A DNA stretch of 63,145 nt, filler included, from Basidiobolus ranarum (Eukaryota): NCBI GenBank assembly GCA_040143965.1. It is 57 parts of 57 records of this genome, joined end to end, with 100 filler letters (N's around TTAATTAATTAA, not from the genome) between each part and the next. Parts side by side here need not be neighbours in the genome. Positions count along the whole stretch, not along the records: positions 62,144 to 63,145 come from JASJQH010006860.1; 56 more parts are not named here. One strand, given 5' to 3'. This document shows positions 62,144 to 63,145 of this stretch, one piece after another; the stretch's first letter is position 1; each line of letters opens with the position of its first letter. Position numbers and translations under genes: made by a program. The notes under the pieces were generated by a model. That model searched no databases. It had not been told where the DNA came from and was given only the letters and a program-made list of their open reading frames with translations.

Positions 62144-63145
62144 GAAATCCATATCCCTGGATTTCATAACTGAGCAACCCTGGTCTGCCAAATATGATTC
62201 AATTCTGGTAATTGTTGACCATCTAACAAAAATGGCCCACTTTGTGCCCTGCCACAAGTCAATTGATGGAAAACAAACAGCAGAATTGGTAACTCAAAAT
62301 ATCTTCTGCCCACATGGACTCCCTGAAACTATCATCTCTGAACAAGGACCTCAGTTTGCTTCCAAATTCTGGAAAAGTCTCCTCCATACCTTGGCTATCT
62401 CTGCTAATCTCTCCACTGCCTTCCACCCCCAATCTGATGGCCAAAAAAAAGAGTCAATCTAGTTTTGGAACAATATTTGCGATGCACTATCAACTATAAT
62501 CAGGATAATTGGACACAGCTCTTGCCTCTTGCCAAATTTACTTACAACAACTCTTATTATACCTCAACAAAACAAACTCCCTTTTTTGCAAATTATGGAT
62601 TCCGTCCTTGTTTCACAATCCACCCACCATCCAATCTACCTTGCCCTGCTGCCTCAGACCATGTCACTTTCCTTAAGGACATCCATAAACAATTAATATC
62701 TGAGTTGGAGCATGCCCAATCCCAATACAAGAACTTTGCTGATAAGAAAAGAAACCCAAGCCCTGATCTCAAGCCAGGAGATTGTGTTTGACTACTCCAG
62801 AAAAATATCAAAACCGCTAGACCTTGTGATAAAGTTGATCATAAACGACTAGGACCATTTAAGATTATTAAGCAAATCAATTCAGTAGCCTTCCGCCTTG
62901 AACTCCCAGCCCATTTCAAAGTCCACAATGTATTCCATGTGTCTCTCTTAGACCTACATGTCAGAAACACCTTCCAGGACCAATCCATTGACCCACCCCC
63001 AGCAATCCAAGTGGAAGAACATCCTGAATATGAAGTTAGCAAAATTCTACCCTCCAGAATTTATTGACGTAAATTGCAGTAATTAGTGGCCTTGAAGGGA
63101 TACTCAATAAACGATAAATCATGGGAGCCAGCAACAGATCTTTCC
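62144..63145 (+). mobile_element. Ty3/gypsy integrase + chromodomain (chromovirus), degenerate
   Basis: ISLDFIT..VIVDHLTKMAHF..TAFHPQSDGQ..GPFKI..HNVFHVSLL..EYEVSKIL..KGYS..SWEP. Confidence 0.93.

Noticed and set aside
1-63145. Gene-neighbourhood or operon-style system spanning adjacent segments
   Set aside because: Contigs are ordered by length only, so adjacency across spacers has no biological meaning.

Overview
This window is not a continuous locus. It is 57 small contigs, size-sorted from about 1018 bp down to 1002 bp, joined by an artificial 100-nt spacer (N44-TTAATTAATTAA-N44), so neighbouring contigs are unrelated. The source looks like an AT-rich fungal genome. Evidence: a 52-nt GTATGT/TACTAAC/AG intron and fungal-type uL2 and ADH tails; an early-diverging lineage such as Basidiobolus is a guess only. 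Most contigs are degenerate, CpG-depleted transposon debris: several Ty1/copia families with three short LTR types, at least three Ty3/gypsy families (one chromodomain-bearing), and many pieces of one CACTA/EnSpm-like (CMC) DNA transposon with CCCTAACA termini. A minority of CpG-normal contigs carry host gene fragments. Highlights: (1) an LTR-like terminus carrying a tRNA-like Pol III cassette, inserted independently in two retroelements; (2) a gypsy LTR with three heat-shock-element arrays upstream of its TATA box; (3) bacterial-looking genes: an MnxG-like multicopper oxidase, and a spliced secreted actinobacterial SH3 + M15-like protein; (4) a reconstructable CACTA element whose two ORFs appear divergent; (5) a Crinkler-type P-loop NTPase fragment. 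All family assignments come from motif recognition by eye, without database searches.
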